Of a stretch of DNA of 32,514 nt, positions 8,585 to 18,877 are shown piece after piece (within the stretch, counting starts at the first letter, position 1; each line of letters opens with the position of its first letter). Below the pieces are notes generated by a model. The model was not told the DNA's origin and made no database searches. It was given only the letters and a program-made list of their open reading frames with translations. The DNA is taken from positions 1-32,514 of the forward strand of contig JAWBKB010000018.1 of the NCBI GenBank assembly GCA_038831915.1, read 5' to 3'. This stretch comes from Candidatus Caldarchaeum sp. (GTDB taxonomy: Archaea; Thermoproteota; Nitrososphaeria_A; Caldarchaeales; Caldarchaeaceae). The position numbers were made by a program, and so were the translations under genes.

Positions 8585-9640
8585 ATGAAAAAGTACAGCG
8601 TTGCGATTCTCGGCGCGACCGGCATGGTTGGTCAGCACTACATCAAACTACTTCACAATCATCCATGGTTTCGCATAACTGCTTTGACGGGGAAGGAATC
8701 GGTTGGGAAAAAGTATGTGGAGGCGGTGAGAGGAGAGGCTCCGGCTCCGCCGAAGGAAATCGCTGAAATGGAGGTTCTGCCGACGGACCCGAAAAAAATT
8801 GACGCGGATTTTGTGTTTTCTTGTTTGCCGACTGAGGCGGCTCGGGAGTCGGAGCCGAAGTTCGCCGAGGCAGGGTTTCCGGTGTTTAGTGACGCCGCGG
8901 CCTTTCGCATGGAGGAGGATGTGCCGTTAATCGTGCCGGAAATCAACTACGAGCATTTGAACCTTGTTAAAAAGCAGCGTAAAAGCCGCGGCTGGGATGG
9001 CTACATCGTGACCACACCCAACTGCACAACCGTTGGACTCGTTCTACCACTTCATCCTCTTCAACTGAACTTTGGAATACGGAGGGTTATCGTCACAACT
9101 ATGCAGGCTGTTTCCGGAGCCGGGTTCCCCGGTGTCTCGTCGCTCTCCATCATAGGCAACATCATCCCATACATATCCGGCGAAGAACGGAAGGTCGAAA
9201 CCGAGACCGGGAAAATTCTGGGCCGATTAGTAGATGACCACGTGAAGTTCGACGATGTGGTTGTTCATGCTACATGCACCCGCGTCCCAACCCTCGACGG
9301 CCACATGGAATCCATCTACGTCGAAACCGAAAAATCAGTCACCGCGGAAACCGTTAGAGAGGCGTTCGAAAACTATGTTTCTCTTCCGCAAGAACTGAAC
9401 CTTCCAACCGCTCCGCAGCGGCCGATAATTGTTCGGAAAGAACCTGACAGGCCTCAGACACGTATCGACGTGGACGTAGGCTCTGTTCCCGGCATGAGCG
9501 TTTCGGTTGGAAGAATTCGCGCCGAAAACAGCGTCGTGAAGTTCATTTCGCTCAGCCACAACTTGATACGTGGGGCCGCTGGCGGAACCATCCTAACCGC
9601 TGAAGTCGCGAAACATTTGGGTTTATTGGAGGGGTTGTGA
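8585..9640 (+). CDS. asd: Aspartate-semialdehyde dehydrogenase
   Basis: GATGMVG, PNCT, QAVSGAG, RVPTLDGH, HNLIRGAAG. Confidence 0.95.
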   Translation: MKKYSVAILGATGMVGQHYIKLLHNHPWFRITALTGKESVGKKYVEAVRGEAPAPPKEIAEMEVLPTDPKKIDADFVFSCLPTEAARESEPKFAEAGFPVFSDAAAFRMEEDVPLIVPEINYEHLNLVKKQRKSRGWDGYIVTTPNCTTVGLVLPLHPLQLNFGIRRVIVTTMQAVSGAGFPGVSSLSIIGNIIPYISGEERKVETETGKILGRLVDDHVKFDDVVVHATCTRVPTLDGHMESIYVETEKSVTAETVREAFENYVSLPQELNLPTAPQRPIIVRKEPDRPQTRIDVDVGSVPGMSVSVGRIRAENSVVKFISLSHNLIRGAAGGTILTAEVAKHLGLLEGL

Positions 9641-9641
9641 A

Positions 9642-10430
9642 TTGGTTTTCGGAAAACAGGTGAGGCTCGGCAGGATTTTGGAAAATGGCCGAATGGTATG
9701 TGTCCCGCTTGACCACGGCACCTCCATAGGACCCGTTCAGGGATTAGAGCAAATAGAAAAGCTCATCTATGTTCTCGAAGAAGCCGGTGTCACGGCTGTT
9801 TTAGCCCATAAGGGTGTTTTCAGGTCGCTCCAAAGACCCGTGAAAACCGGGACGATCATGCACATGTCGGGCAGCACGCAGCTCAGCAGCCGCTACAACC
9901 GCAAAGTCGCCGTCGCATCCGTGGAGGAAGCCATCCGCCTCGGCGTCGACGCTGTCTCGGTTCACATCAACATCGGCGGCTCTGACGACGACGTGATGCT
10001 GCAGCACCTCGGCGAAACAGCTGACCTGTGTGATGAATGGCAGATTCCACTCATAGCCATGATGTATCCACGTGGAGAAAACATTAAAGACGCCAGCGAC
10101 CCCTGGGTGATCAGCCACGTCGCCCGCGTCGGAGCCGAGCTTGGCGCAGACATAGTCAAAACACCCATGCCCTCTACAAACGTCAAAGATATCGAGAAAG
10201 TTGTGAAAAGCTGTCCCGTTCCGATTGTTGCGGCGGGAGGCCCGAAGATGGACAGGGATGAGGACGTGCTACGCCTTGCACAGGCAGCGGTGGCCGGGGG
10301 ATGTATTGGAATCACGTTTGGGCGGAACGTTTTTCAGCATCGGTCGCCCGCCGCGATGGTGAAGGCCCTACGTAAAATCGTTCTCGAAAACCGTTCCGTC
10401 GAAGAAGCGCTCAACGTATTGACGCCATGA
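9642..10430 (+). CDS. aroA': 2-amino-3,7-dideoxy-D-threo-hept-6-ulosonate synthase (class I aldolase)
   Basis: PLDHG, AMMYPRG, GADIVKT, GRNVFQ; adjacent to DHQ synthase II. Confidence 0.9.
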   Translation: MVFGKQVRLGRILENGRMVCVPLDHGTSIGPVQGLEQIEKLIYVLEEAGVTAVLAHKGVFRSLQRPVKTGTIMHMSGSTQLSSRYNRKVAVASVEEAIRLGVDAVSVHINIGGSDDDVMLQHLGETADLCDEWQIPLIAMMYPRGENIKDASDPWVISHVARVGAELGADIVKTPMPSTNVKDIEKVVKSCPVPIVAAGGPKMDRDEDVLRLAQAAVAGGCIGITFGRNVFQHRSPAAMVKALRKIVLENRSVEEALNVLTP

Positions 10431-11428
10431 AGAAAATAGTCGTAAACGTTTCAGGTAGCGACGACCTGTTCCGCAAAGCCGTCAAGCTCGGCGTTAATTC
10501 TTTCGTCGCGGACAAGCCTTTACACGACTTTGAAACATACGTTCCTTCCGGTGATGGTTATCAAAAATTTGGCGAAAAACATGGCGTCGTTCCGCGGATA
10601 ATGCTCAGGTCTCCTCGGGATTTGGAGCTTGTCGTCGAGCAGGCCCGTAAAGGCGTCGACGAAGTCGTGATAGCGACTGGCGACTGGAAAATAATTCCCA
10701 TCGAGAACCTGCTCGCGATGCTTCAGGGTTTTCAGACACGGGTTTTAGCCGAGGTGGGAAGCGTTTCCGAAGCAGAGCTTTTCATCAACATTCTCGAAAA
10801 AGGTGTTGACGGCGTCGTCGCGAAACCCTCTTCCGAAAACGAGCTCAAAATTCTTCTCGAGCTTTTCATGAAGCCAGCCGAGGTCAAGTTGGTTGAAGCC
10901 GTCGTCGAGGAAGTTCGTGATGTCGGCGTCGGTGACCGTGCATGCGTCGACACAGTCACGATGATGGAGCTGGGTGAAGGAATGCTTGTAGGGAGCAAGG
11001 CTTACATGTTTTTCCTCGTTCACAACGAAGCGGTGGGGTCGAGCTTCACTTCGCCGAGGCCTTTCAGGGTGAACGCGGGCGCTGTTCACAGCTACGTGTT
11101 GATGCCGAACGGCACAACCCGATATATATCCGAGCTTGAATCAGGCGACCGAGTTTTGATAGTCTCTAGGACGGGCCGCAGCCGAATCGCGTCAATTGGC
11201 CGTGTGAAAATCGAGCGAAGGCCTCTCCGCCTCGTCAAAGCAAAGGTCGATGACGTTGTCGGAACCATAACCGTTCAGAACGCCGAAACGATTCGATTCG
11301 TCAAACCCGACGGACAGCTCATCTCCGTCACCGAGCTTAAAAAAGACGACAAAATCCTCTGCTATGTCTCGGAGGCCCGTGGCCGTCATTTCGGCATGGC
11401 CGTCGAAGAAACAGTCATCGAGAAATGA
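10427..11428 (+). CDS. aroB': 3-dehydroquinate synthase II
   Basis: DWKIIPIEN, GDRACVD, RPFRVNAG, GRVKIERRP, QNAETI, GRHFG. Confidence 0.95.
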   Translation: MKKIVVNVSGSDDLFRKAVKLGVNSFVADKPLHDFETYVPSGDGYQKFGEKHGVVPRIMLRSPRDLELVVEQARKGVDEVVIATGDWKIIPIENLLAMLQGFQTRVLAEVGSVSEAELFINILEKGVDGVVAKPSSENELKILLELFMKPAEVKLVEAVVEEVRDVGVGDRACVDTVTMMELGEGMLVGSKAYMFFLVHNEAVGSSFTSPRPFRVNAGAVHSYVLMPNGTTRYISELESGDRVLIVSRTGRSRIASIGRVKIERRPLRLVKAKVDDVVGTITVQNAETIRFVKPDGQLISVTELKKDDKILCYVSEARGRHFGMAVEETVIEK

Positions 11429-11438
11429 AGACCGTGGT

Positions 11439-12125
11439 TTGACGTACATCTGTGTCCCGGTTTATGGGGAGAATGAGAGGGAGCTGATCCGCCGTGTCGA
11501 AACTGTTCTCAGCCGTGGAGCCGACTTGGTGGAGATACGGCTGGACCTTTCCCAAATAGACGATGTCGAAAACCTATCTGATGTTCTGAAGCCTTTCGCC
11601 GAAAAACTCGTTCTAACATGTAGGCCCGTCGGAGAAGGCGGCAAATCAACCCTCCCCGCCCATGAAAGAATTTCGATGTTGGCGAAACTCGGCCGCATCA
11701 ACCCCGCATACGTAGATGTCGAACTTCAGACAATCAAGCAAACATCGGTTCAGAATTTGAAAAGCATGGGACGCAGGTTTATTGTTTCATGGCATGACTT
11801 CACAACAACACCCGAGTCACAGATACTTGTTTCAACCGCGGAAGAATGTCTCAAACACGGCGACATCGCGAAAATAGTTACCTTCTCTTCCGGCGATGAA
11901 GATAACTACCGCGTGGTCAGCCTTTACACGGTTTTGCCGAGGAAAAGATTGGTTGCGTTCTGCATGGGTAAGAAGGGATGTGTTACGAGGATTTTGTCGA
12001 TGGCCGCCGGCTCTCCCATCGCTTACGCGGCGTTTGAAGAGCTTCAAACAGCTCTAGGCCAGCTGAGTCTCGACGAAATGATTAGGGCCCGGGAGCTTAT
12101 CGTAAAAGGTGTTTCAGGCGATTGA
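11439..12125 (+). CDS. aroD: Type I 3-dehydroquinate dehydratase
   Basis: DLVEIRLD, EGG, YVDVE, SWHDF, FCMG; start adjusted to TTG 11439. Confidence 0.9.
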   Translation: MTYICVPVYGENERELIRRVETVLSRGADLVEIRLDLSQIDDVENLSDVLKPFAEKLVLTCRPVGEGGKSTLPAHERISMLAKLGRINPAYVDVELQTIKQTSVQNLKSMGRRFIVSWHDFTTTPESQILVSTAEECLKHGDIAKIVTFSSGDEDNYRVVSLYTVLPRKRLVAFCMGKKGCVTRILSMAAGSPIAYAAFEELQTALGQLSLDEMIRARELIVKGVSGD

Positions 12126-12961
12126 AGAGCGGATTGCTCGGAGTCGTGGGCTATCCCATCGGTCATTCGGTTTCACCGGTGATGATGAACGCCGCGCTCA
12201 ACGCCTCAGGCAGGGAGAACATTCTCTATATAGCGGTCGAGGCGAAGCCGCGTGACTTGGAACGATTTGTCTCATCAGCCCGCTACATGAACTTCATCGG
12301 GTTCAACGTCACGATTCCACACAAGGTTTCGGTAATCAAGTTTCTTGACAGGCTTCACCGGGAGGCGAAGCTTGTTGAAGCTGTCAACGTTGTCAAATTC
12401 GTTGGAGAGAAGAAAGTCGGCTACAACACGGACGTGATAGGTGTTGAAGCATGCTTGACAGAACCTGTTAATGGGAAAGCTGTGGTGCTGGGGGTTGGAG
12501 GAGGTGCGAGAGCCGCTGCCATAGCTTTATGGCGTAAAGGGTTTGACGACTTGTTTTTCGCGGGCCGAAGACTTTCCACCATGAACGAATTCCGCAAATT
12601 CATCATGCGTAGAAACATTTCAGCCCGAATCGTTAAGTTCGGGTCGGCGGAACTCGCCCAAGCAATTAAAAAGGCCGAGCTTCTCGTCAACGCCACACCC
12701 GTCGGCATGTATCCAAACACAGATTCATCGCCGATTCCATCCAACCTCATCCACCGAAAACTAACCATATTCGACATGGTCTACAACCCTGTTGAGACCA
12801 AGCTGCTGAAAGTAGGCAAGGCCCGGGGAGCTAAAACCATCAACGGAATTAAAATGCTCGTCGCTCAAGGTGCTGAAGCGTTCAGGATTTGGCTCGGCGA
12901 AGACCCTGATGAAAAAGTGATGGCGAAAGCGGCTTTGACGGCGTTGAGGCGGAGAAGATGA
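12122..12961 (+). CDS. aroE: Shikimate dehydrogenase
   Basis: HSVSP, NVTIPHK, YNTD, NATPVGM, DMVYNP. Confidence 0.95.
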   Translation: MKSGLLGVVGYPIGHSVSPVMMNAALNASGRENILYIAVEAKPRDLERFVSSARYMNFIGFNVTIPHKVSVIKFLDRLHREAKLVEAVNVVKFVGEKKVGYNTDVIGVEACLTEPVNGKAVVLGVGGGARAAAIALWRKGFDDLFFAGRRLSTMNEFRKFIMRRNISARIVKFGSAELAQAIKKAELLVNATPVGMYPNTDSSPIPSNLIHRKLTIFDMVYNPVETKLLKVGKARGAKTINGIKMLVAQGAEAFRIWLGEDPDEKVMAKAALTALRRRR

Positions 12962-13806
12962 AGGGCCGCGGCGAAGCAGGTGGAGCGGTTTCCATCGTCA
13001 ACGCAATATCGATAGGCCGTGGAGCATCTCTCGGAATCCAGCTCAAGACAACCGCTGAAATAGAGCTCATAGACGACCCTGTCTACACTTTGTCTATCAA
13101 CGGAGAACCCGGAGACCCCACGCTCGTCAAAGCCGTGGTTGAAGTATTTTCACGCATCCTCGACATCAAGGTCAGCGGCGCTCGAGTAGCTACTTTTTCA
13201 AACATCCCGATGGCGGTTGGTTTGAAAAGCTCCAGCTCGGCCGCGGTAGCCATCGCGAAAGCATTTCTCAACGCAACGGGCCAAACCATGTACACGGAAG
13301 AATTTCTCAAACTCGTCGCCGAAGCTTCAATTCTTTCGCGAACATCCATCACAGGTGCGATGGATGACGCAGCCGCGTGTCTTCTCGGAGGAATCGCCGT
13401 GACAGATAACCTGAAAAGATTAATCATCAGCCACAGAACCGTGGAACAGGAATTGATGACCGTTATTCTCGTGCCGCCCGGCCAAATATACACAGGGTCT
13501 TTCCGTCCCGAGCTCCTTGCACCCGTGAAGCAAATGGTTGAGACGGCGTTTGGACTTGCACTCATGGGTGACTACTGGACGGCGATGACCATCAACGGAA
13601 TGGCCCATTCAGCGGCTCTCGGCCTACCGGTGCAACCAGCGGTCGAAGCGCTTAGGTCGGGTGCGTTGGCCGCGGGGCTTTCTGGAACAGGGCCCGCCAT
13701 AGCCGCGGTGGCGACCGAGGAATCCGTCGATAAAGTGGCTGAAGCCTTCGCCAGATTTGAGGGGAAAGTTATCACTTGCCGTGTAAACAAAGGTGCATTA
13801 GGTTGA
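12958..13806 (+). CDS. aroK: Archaeal shikimate kinase (GHMP)
   Basis: SIVNAI, GLKSSSS, SITGAMDDA, GLSGTGPA. Confidence 0.93.
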   Translation: MKGRGEAGGAVSIVNAISIGRGASLGIQLKTTAEIELIDDPVYTLSINGEPGDPTLVKAVVEVFSRILDIKVSGARVATFSNIPMAVGLKSSSSAAVAIAKAFLNATGQTMYTEEFLKLVAEASILSRTSITGAMDDAAACLLGGIAVTDNLKRLIISHRTVEQELMTVILVPPGQIYTGSFRPELLAPVKQMVETAFGLALMGDYWTAMTINGMAHSAALGLPVQPAVEALRSGALAAGLSGTGPAIAAVATEESVDKVAEAFARFEGKVITCRVNKGALG

Positions 13807-15092
13807 AGACGATTTACGTGGCTCGTTCACGGGTCGAAGGCGAAGTCGAAGCACCGCCCAGCAAAAGCTATACACACCGCGCTTTTGCACTCGCATCACT
13901 CATCACCGAAAAAACAACAATCCACAACCCGCTGCTTTCACGCGACACACATGCAACGATAAACGCATCCCGCATGCTCGGCGTCAAAATAGAGCAGAAA
14001 CAGAAATCCTTCGAAATCATGGGCCTTCGCAGGTTTCAGACACCCGACAACGTCATCGATGTGATGAATTCGGGAACCACTTTGAGAATCTACACAGGCC
14101 TCGCGGCGTTGGTTGAAAAAGGCTACACAGTTTTCACAGGAGACGAAAGCATCCGAAGGAGACCCATGGCGCCGCTTCTACAATCCCTCAAACAAATCGG
14201 AGCCGAATGCTGGTCGACGAGAGAAAACGGCAGAGCACCCATCGTCGTTAAAGGCGGCAACAAAATCGGAGGCCATACATTAATCAAAGGCACCGAATCA
14301 TCACAGTTTGTTTCATCGCTGCTCATCACGGGCCTCGCCGCAGACGACGAAATAACCGTCACAATAGAGGATGAGCTGGTGTCCAGGCCCTACGTCGAAG
14401 CCACTGTTGAGATGATACGGTTCTTCGACGGCGAAATTTCACGTGAAGATTTTCGAGAATTTCGTGTATGGCCTCAGAATCTTGCTGGAAAGGATTTCGT
14501 CGTTCCCGGCGATTTTAGCTCCGCGGCTTTCATGGCTGCGGCGGCACATGTAACAGAAGGCCGCATAGTGGTGAAGAATCTCTCGACACGGTTTCCACAA
14601 GCTGACGCGAAGATCGTGGAAATTCTCAGGTTGTTCGGCTCTGATGTCCAGTTCACTTCCGAAGGCCTCGTCGTCGAGGGGCGGAGAAACCCAGCTAATG
14701 TTGAAGTGGTCTTAACTGATTGTCCTGACCTTCTCCCTGTAACCGCTGCGGTCGCAGCCATAAACGACGGAATCACAATCATCAAGGGAGTAGCCCATGC
14801 AAGGCTAAAAGAAAGCGACAGGATATCCACGGTAGCTTCGAACATTAGAAAGCTCGGTGTTAAAGTCGAGGAACGCGTCGACGGCCTTACAATTGAAGGT
14901 CCGTCGAAAACACAGGGCAGAGTAACCGTCGATAGCTACGGCGACCACAGGCTTTTCATGGCTTTCACCGTGCTCGGTCTAGGGCTGGAGAAGGGCCTTT
15001 CCATAGTAGACCCAGGCTCGGCCGATGTTTCATATCCAAGTTTTCTGTCAGACCTGAAAAAAATCGGTGCAAAAATTTCGGAACCAGTTTGA
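13803..15092 (+). CDS. aroA: EPSP synthase
   Basis: PPSKSYTHR, NSGTT, SSQFVS, KESDRI, DHR; TTG 13803 overlaps aroK stop. Confidence 0.95.
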   Translation: MKTIYVARSRVEGEVEAPPSKSYTHRAFALASLITEKTTIHNPLLSRDTHATINASRMLGVKIEQKQKSFEIMGLRRFQTPDNVIDVMNSGTTLRIYTGLAALVEKGYTVFTGDESIRRRPMAPLLQSLKQIGAECWSTRENGRAPIVVKGGNKIGGHTLIKGTESSQFVSSLLITGLAADDEITVTIEDELVSRPYVEATVEMIRFFDGEISREDFREFRVWPQNLAGKDFVVPGDFSSAAFMAAAAHVTEGRIVVKNLSTRFPQADAKIVEILRLFGSDVQFTSEGLVVEGRRNPANVEVVLTDCPDLLPVTAAVAAINDGITIIKGVAHARLKESDRISTVASNIRKLGVKVEERVDGLTIEGPSKTQGRVTVDSYGDHRLFMAFTVLGLGLEKGLSIVDPGSADVSYPSFLSDLKKIGAKISEPV

Positions 15093-15163
15093 CAACTTTT
15101 TTTACCTGCTACGACAACGGTTAGCCCAGAATGGGTTTCAAGCATCGCCGCCAGAGCAGGTTC

Positions 15164-15361
15164 ATGATTGAATCGACCGTTCTCGCGATAATTTACACAG
15201 CTGTTCCCGTTCTGCTGTTGTTCGTTCTACAGACGACGAGGCAGACCACTCCGCTGAACATGATACTCTGGCTGCTCGTAGCGCTTGGTTGGATGGCGTT
15301 GATAACATACTTGTACGTGAAGAAGTTTTCGAAGCGCGGTGGGTTGACGTTACGGGAATAA
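15164..15361 (+). CDS. Small 2-TM membrane protein
   Basis: Two hydrophobic segments in the gap after aroA. Confidence 0.5.
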   Translation: MIESTVLAIIYTAVPVLLLFVLQTTRQTTPLNMILWLLVALGWMALITYLYVKKFSKRGGLTLRE

Positions 15362-15383
15362 CTTTTTCAACAACCATGAACGC

Positions 15384-15878
15384 ATGATTTTTAGCATGGC
15401 GGTTCCGTTCGCGGTTAGCTTTGAAACTCGAATCCGCCGAGACAGGCTTTCCTTCATCATCAAGCTGGAATTTCTCATCATCTTCATATCGGTGCTAGTG
15501 TTTCTATTCATCACCAACCAGCATCTCCTGCTGAAAGCAGCGTTCTCGTTGCTTGCTTCCGTTTCGCTGCTAATTGTTTTGAAGGACCGTTTGGAGAAGG
15601 CCGGTAGAAGGCTGAAGAGAGCAGTTGTTCTTGCCGTCCGTTCACGAGGTCCTGAATGGTTTTTCATGTTTCCCACCAGTCACCCTTTCTCATTTAACGC
15701 CGTGGGTTACGTGGTTGAAGCTATTTCCGAAGACATGCATCTTATACGGTTTGCTGACTGGAAACCTTGGAAAGTCGGTCAAAAACTTCTGGTGCTATCT
15801 GACATGAGTGGAAAAGTTCTCGCCATCCGCGACATACGGCATCCCGTCCGGCTTGAATTGTTGAAGCGGCTGGCTTAA
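15384..15878 (+). CDS. Hypothetical membrane protein
   Basis: Two TM helices followed by small beta-rich region. Confidence 0.6.
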   Translation: MIFSMAVPFAVSFETRIRRDRLSFIIKLEFLIIFISVLVFLFITNQHLLLKAAFSLLASVSLLIVLKDRLEKAGRRLKRAVVLAVRSRGPEWFFMFPTSHPFSFNAVGYVVEAISEDMHLIRFADWKPWKVGQKLLVLSDMSGKVLAIRDIRHPVRLELLKRLA

Positions 15879-15925
15879 CAGCGATTACATAGACTATATA
15901 GGTAAAAGCTTTGAATAAGATATCT

Positions 15926-16675
15926 ATGGAGATGAGCATGCAACGGTCCAGCACCTTCGAAATAGTCCTGATGGCTGTGAACGCAGCCCTATACGCGGGT
16001 GTCGGATATTTGACTTTTCTCGGCATTTTTGCCCCCGTGGTCGGAACAGTTAGGTTCTGGCCTGCAGTCGTCGTTCCAGCTCTTTTCTCCGTCGTCTATT
16101 CGCCGCGGATTGGAGCTCTTGGAGCAGGTCTCGGTATTTTCATCAGCGACATGATCATCCATGGAGACCCGATTCTCAGCATATCGGTCGGCGTCACCTC
16201 CAACGTCGCGGGATTCTACGTTCTCGGAGTCGTTGCACGGCGTCTCGCAGACCAGCCACGCATAACATCCCTATCCGTTGTTTTACAGGCCGTGCCTCTC
16301 GCCATCGCCTTAGCCGCTTCATGGGCCAACATTTTCGGCGATATGACAACTTCGCTGATATTCATCGGTGCAGGGATTCTTTCTTTCGCGCTCAGCATAA
16401 CCTACAGCCTTTACAGGCCGCAATATTCGGCGCTGGTGGCTGCTTCGTCGCTTGGTCTGTTGGTCGGAGCATCTATGATCGGTTTCGGAGTTTGGGCTTA
16501 CAGCCAGTTCTTCTCCCTTCCAGCTGTAGCCGATGGACAGACAGCCTTGCCGCTTTTCGCAGCCGCCATCTGGTTCCTCTGGACATACCTCACCGAGATT
16601 CCATTTCTGATGATTTTACTTCCTCCACTCGTAGCCGCTGTCAGGAAAGCCCTCCCCACAACAGTGCGTGCGTGA
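15926..16675 (+). CDS. ECF transporter S-component-like membrane protein
   Basis: AALY, VRFWP, GALGAGLGIFISD, EIP motifs; multiple TM helices. Confidence 0.75.
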   Translation: MEMSMQRSSTFEIVLMAVNAALYAGVGYLTFLGIFAPVVGTVRFWPAVVVPALFSVVYSPRIGALGAGLGIFISDMIIHGDPILSISVGVTSNVAGFYVLGVVARRLADQPRITSLSVVLQAVPLAIALAASWANIFGDMTTSLIFIGAGILSFALSITYSLYRPQYSALVAASSLGLLVGASMIGFGVWAYSQFFSLPAVADGQTALPLFAAAIWFLWTYLTEIPFLMILLPPLVAAVRKALPTTVRA

Positions 16676-16678
16676 AAA

Positions 16679-17596
16679 ATGCGTCAAGCGGTATTCCGAG
16701 GCCCCGCACCACTTTCCAGCATTTTTTCACCTAAAGTTCTCAACGGCCGTGAATTCCGCAACGACCCCGACTTAGCCGGAGCTCTGGGCGGAGGGTTTTC
16801 GTTTTTCCCCGGCGTCGACACAACTGTCTCAGTCGGCGAAGGTCGTGGACTTGAAATCACCGTGAACGATGAAAAGGCTTCGTTCCCACCGTCTGAAAAA
16901 GCCGTTGAAGTTGTCCGAGAACTAACAGGGTTCCAAGGGTTCATTTCGATTAGCCATGTGATGCATGTCCCGATAGCTACAGGGTTTGGAACAAGCGCCG
17001 CCGCCGCCTTCGCGGTAATCATGTCGGTTTCACATCTTCTTGGAAAACCCATAACAGTCCGCGAAGCCCTCAAACACACTCACAGAGTCGAAATCGCGTG
17101 CAAAACAGGGTTAAACAGTGAAGCTGGCTTCGGCAAGTCGGGCCTTGTTTTGGTAGTTAGGGAAGGAGGCCCTGAACACGCTGTAGTTGACCAGATTCCG
17201 CTTCCATCTGGCACAAAGCTCGTCGCGGTCGTCGCCGACCGAATCAAAACATCCGACGCAATCGCATCGGTCGAACGCCTCCAATTACTGGAAAGAATTG
17301 GAGACCAGTACATGGAGAAAATCCTCAAAAATCCTACTCCGGAAAACTTCTTCGCACAGTCAAGAGAATTCGCAGAGAAAACAGGATTCGCGGACGAAAA
17401 AGTTCACCAAATATTCAAGATTTTTGAGAAGCTGCCCACGATAGGTTACGCACAGAACATGGTCGGCAAAGCCGTTCACGCACTTATCCACGAAGAAAAT
17501 ACCGAACAAGTCGTCCAGAAACTCAAACAATCGTTTCCCCAATACCGCGTTTTCGTCGGCAGCACAAGCTCGTCAACAACGCTCACCATCACGTAA
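16679..17596 (+). CDS. Pantoate kinase (GHMP family)
   Basis: GALGGGF, PIATGFGTSAA, HRVEI..KTGL, REGGP, QNMVGK. Confidence 0.85.
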   Translation: MRQAVFRGPAPLSSIFSPKVLNGREFRNDPDLAGALGGGFSFFPGVDTTVSVGEGRGLEITVNDEKASFPPSEKAVEVVRELTGFQGFISISHVMHVPIATGFGTSAAAAFAVIMSVSHLLGKPITVREALKHTHRVEIACKTGLNSEAGFGKSGLVLVVREGGPEHAVVDQIPLPSGTKLVAVVADRIKTSDAIASVERLQLLERIGDQYMEKILKNPTPENFFAQSREFAEKTGFADEKVHQIFKIFEKLPTIGYAQNMVGKAVHALIHEENTEQVVQKLKQSFPQYRVFVGSTSSSTTLTIT

Positions 17597-17634
17597 ACCC
17601 TTTTTTAACCGGCGACAAAACAAAATGCCGGGCG

Positions 17635-18003
17635 TTGATCACTTACCGCAGGGCCTTCGACATCGAGGAAAGACTGAAACAAATCGTTGCGGAAACAGGG
17701 CTGTTTCACGTTGATTTGGACCGGATAAGATGTGTGAGGAGCTACGGCTCGTCGACACGGACCACCGCGGCCCGCATTCATGGAATTTCAAAAGCTTTCC
17801 TCACAGGATTCAGCATGAAGCCAGCCTATGTCATCGAATTCATCGCAGAAATTTTCGACAAATTGCCGTCGCATGAGCAGGATGAGGTCATCATCCACGA
17901 GCTACTTCACATTCCAAAATCTTTCGGCGGCGGGCTTGTCCCACATGGACGCATAAACTTCGACAAAGAAACCAAAGTTTTGAAAAGAATGCTGCGGAAA
18001 TAG
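17635..18003 (+). CDS. Putative zinc metallopeptidase
   Basis: ARIHG, YVIE, IIHELLHIP..F.GGL..H. Confidence 0.8.
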   Translation: MITYRRAFDIEERLKQIVAETGLFHVDLDRIRCVRSYGSSTRTTAARIHGISKAFLTGFSMKPAYVIEFIAEIFDKLPSHEQDEVIIHELLHIPKSFGGGLVPHGRINFDKETKVLKRMLRK

Positions 18004-18030
18004 TTGAAAGCTTTTAAACCGATGTTCTGA

Positions 18031-18411
18031 ATGAGTCGTGTAATGGGTTCTGAAGATGACTACATTCGACGGATGTCTGACGCTCTGCGGTCAGGTGCAA
18101 AAATGCTTTCCGAAGTCTGCCCCATCTGCAACAGCCCCTTATTCGAGGTGAGAGGAGAGCTGCGATGCATACGATGCGACAAGCCCGTGGTAATAGTACG
18201 GGAAGAAAGTGAAGTAATGGCGGCTTCGACTCCACTGGTCTTAACGCACCTCGAAAACGCTTTAGCGGCTAAAATCGACGCATTAACCGCTCTGCTCCAA
18301 AAAGCAACCGAACCAGAGCAAATTCGCGAACTGTCCGAAACGTTAACGAGCCTTCTCAAGCTGTTTCACGAAAGCCGCCGCCTAAGTGAAATTCTACGGA
18401 AAACCCAGTAA
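18031..18411 (+). CDS. UPF0148/SSSCA1-like Zn-finger protein
   Basis: LRSGAKML..CPIC.SPLF..C..C. Confidence 0.85.
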   Translation: MSRVMGSEDDYIRRMSDALRSGAKMLSEVCPICNSPLFEVRGELRCIRCDKPVVIVREESEVMAASTPLVLTHLENALAAKIDALTALLQKATEPEQIRELSETLTSLLKLFHESRRLSEILRKTQ

Positions 18412-18683
18412 GTCTCGAAATACCTATGTAATCCCTTGCTACATCTCACTAATTATCTGGCGTGATACCTAGGTAATCCTGTGAACAGAAACAAAAGACC
18501 TTTGGCCTTTTGTGTTACTCATTTTTTGATGATGCGGCGTTTTGTGGAAAATGGGCAGCTCGATCTCTGACTCATCACGTATGATTAGACCCGGTCTTCA
18601 TATGATCTTGCAACCATCAGGGTTATTCACAACTGCTTCACACTGGGTTAACCACCGCCGGTGCCATGTGGCTTACTTTTGCG

Positions 18684-18706
18684 GTTTCCACAGGAAACAA
18701 AGGGGT
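18684..18706 (+). promoter_or_regulatory. Origin recognition box (ORB)
   Basis: GTTTCCACAGGAAACAAAGGGGT: TTCC-N3-GGAAA core plus G-string. Confidence 0.88.
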
Positions 18707-18855
18707 TAAGCCGCTGCTCAACATGTAAAATTAATGTGAGGAGTCGTTTCGCCATGATCCAGCAGTAACAGACAGGGTTTTCCGCGCATGAGAGTCTGGA
18801 GTTTCGCATCCGTGAAGCTGAGTCCGATGGTTGTTAACCATGGTTTTGGCGGGAC

Positions 18856-18877
18856 ACCCCTTGATTTCCGATGGAAC
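18856..18877 (-). promoter_or_regulatory. Origin recognition box (ORB), inverted
   Basis: Reverse complement GTTCCATCGGAAATCAAGGGGT. Confidence 0.88.
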
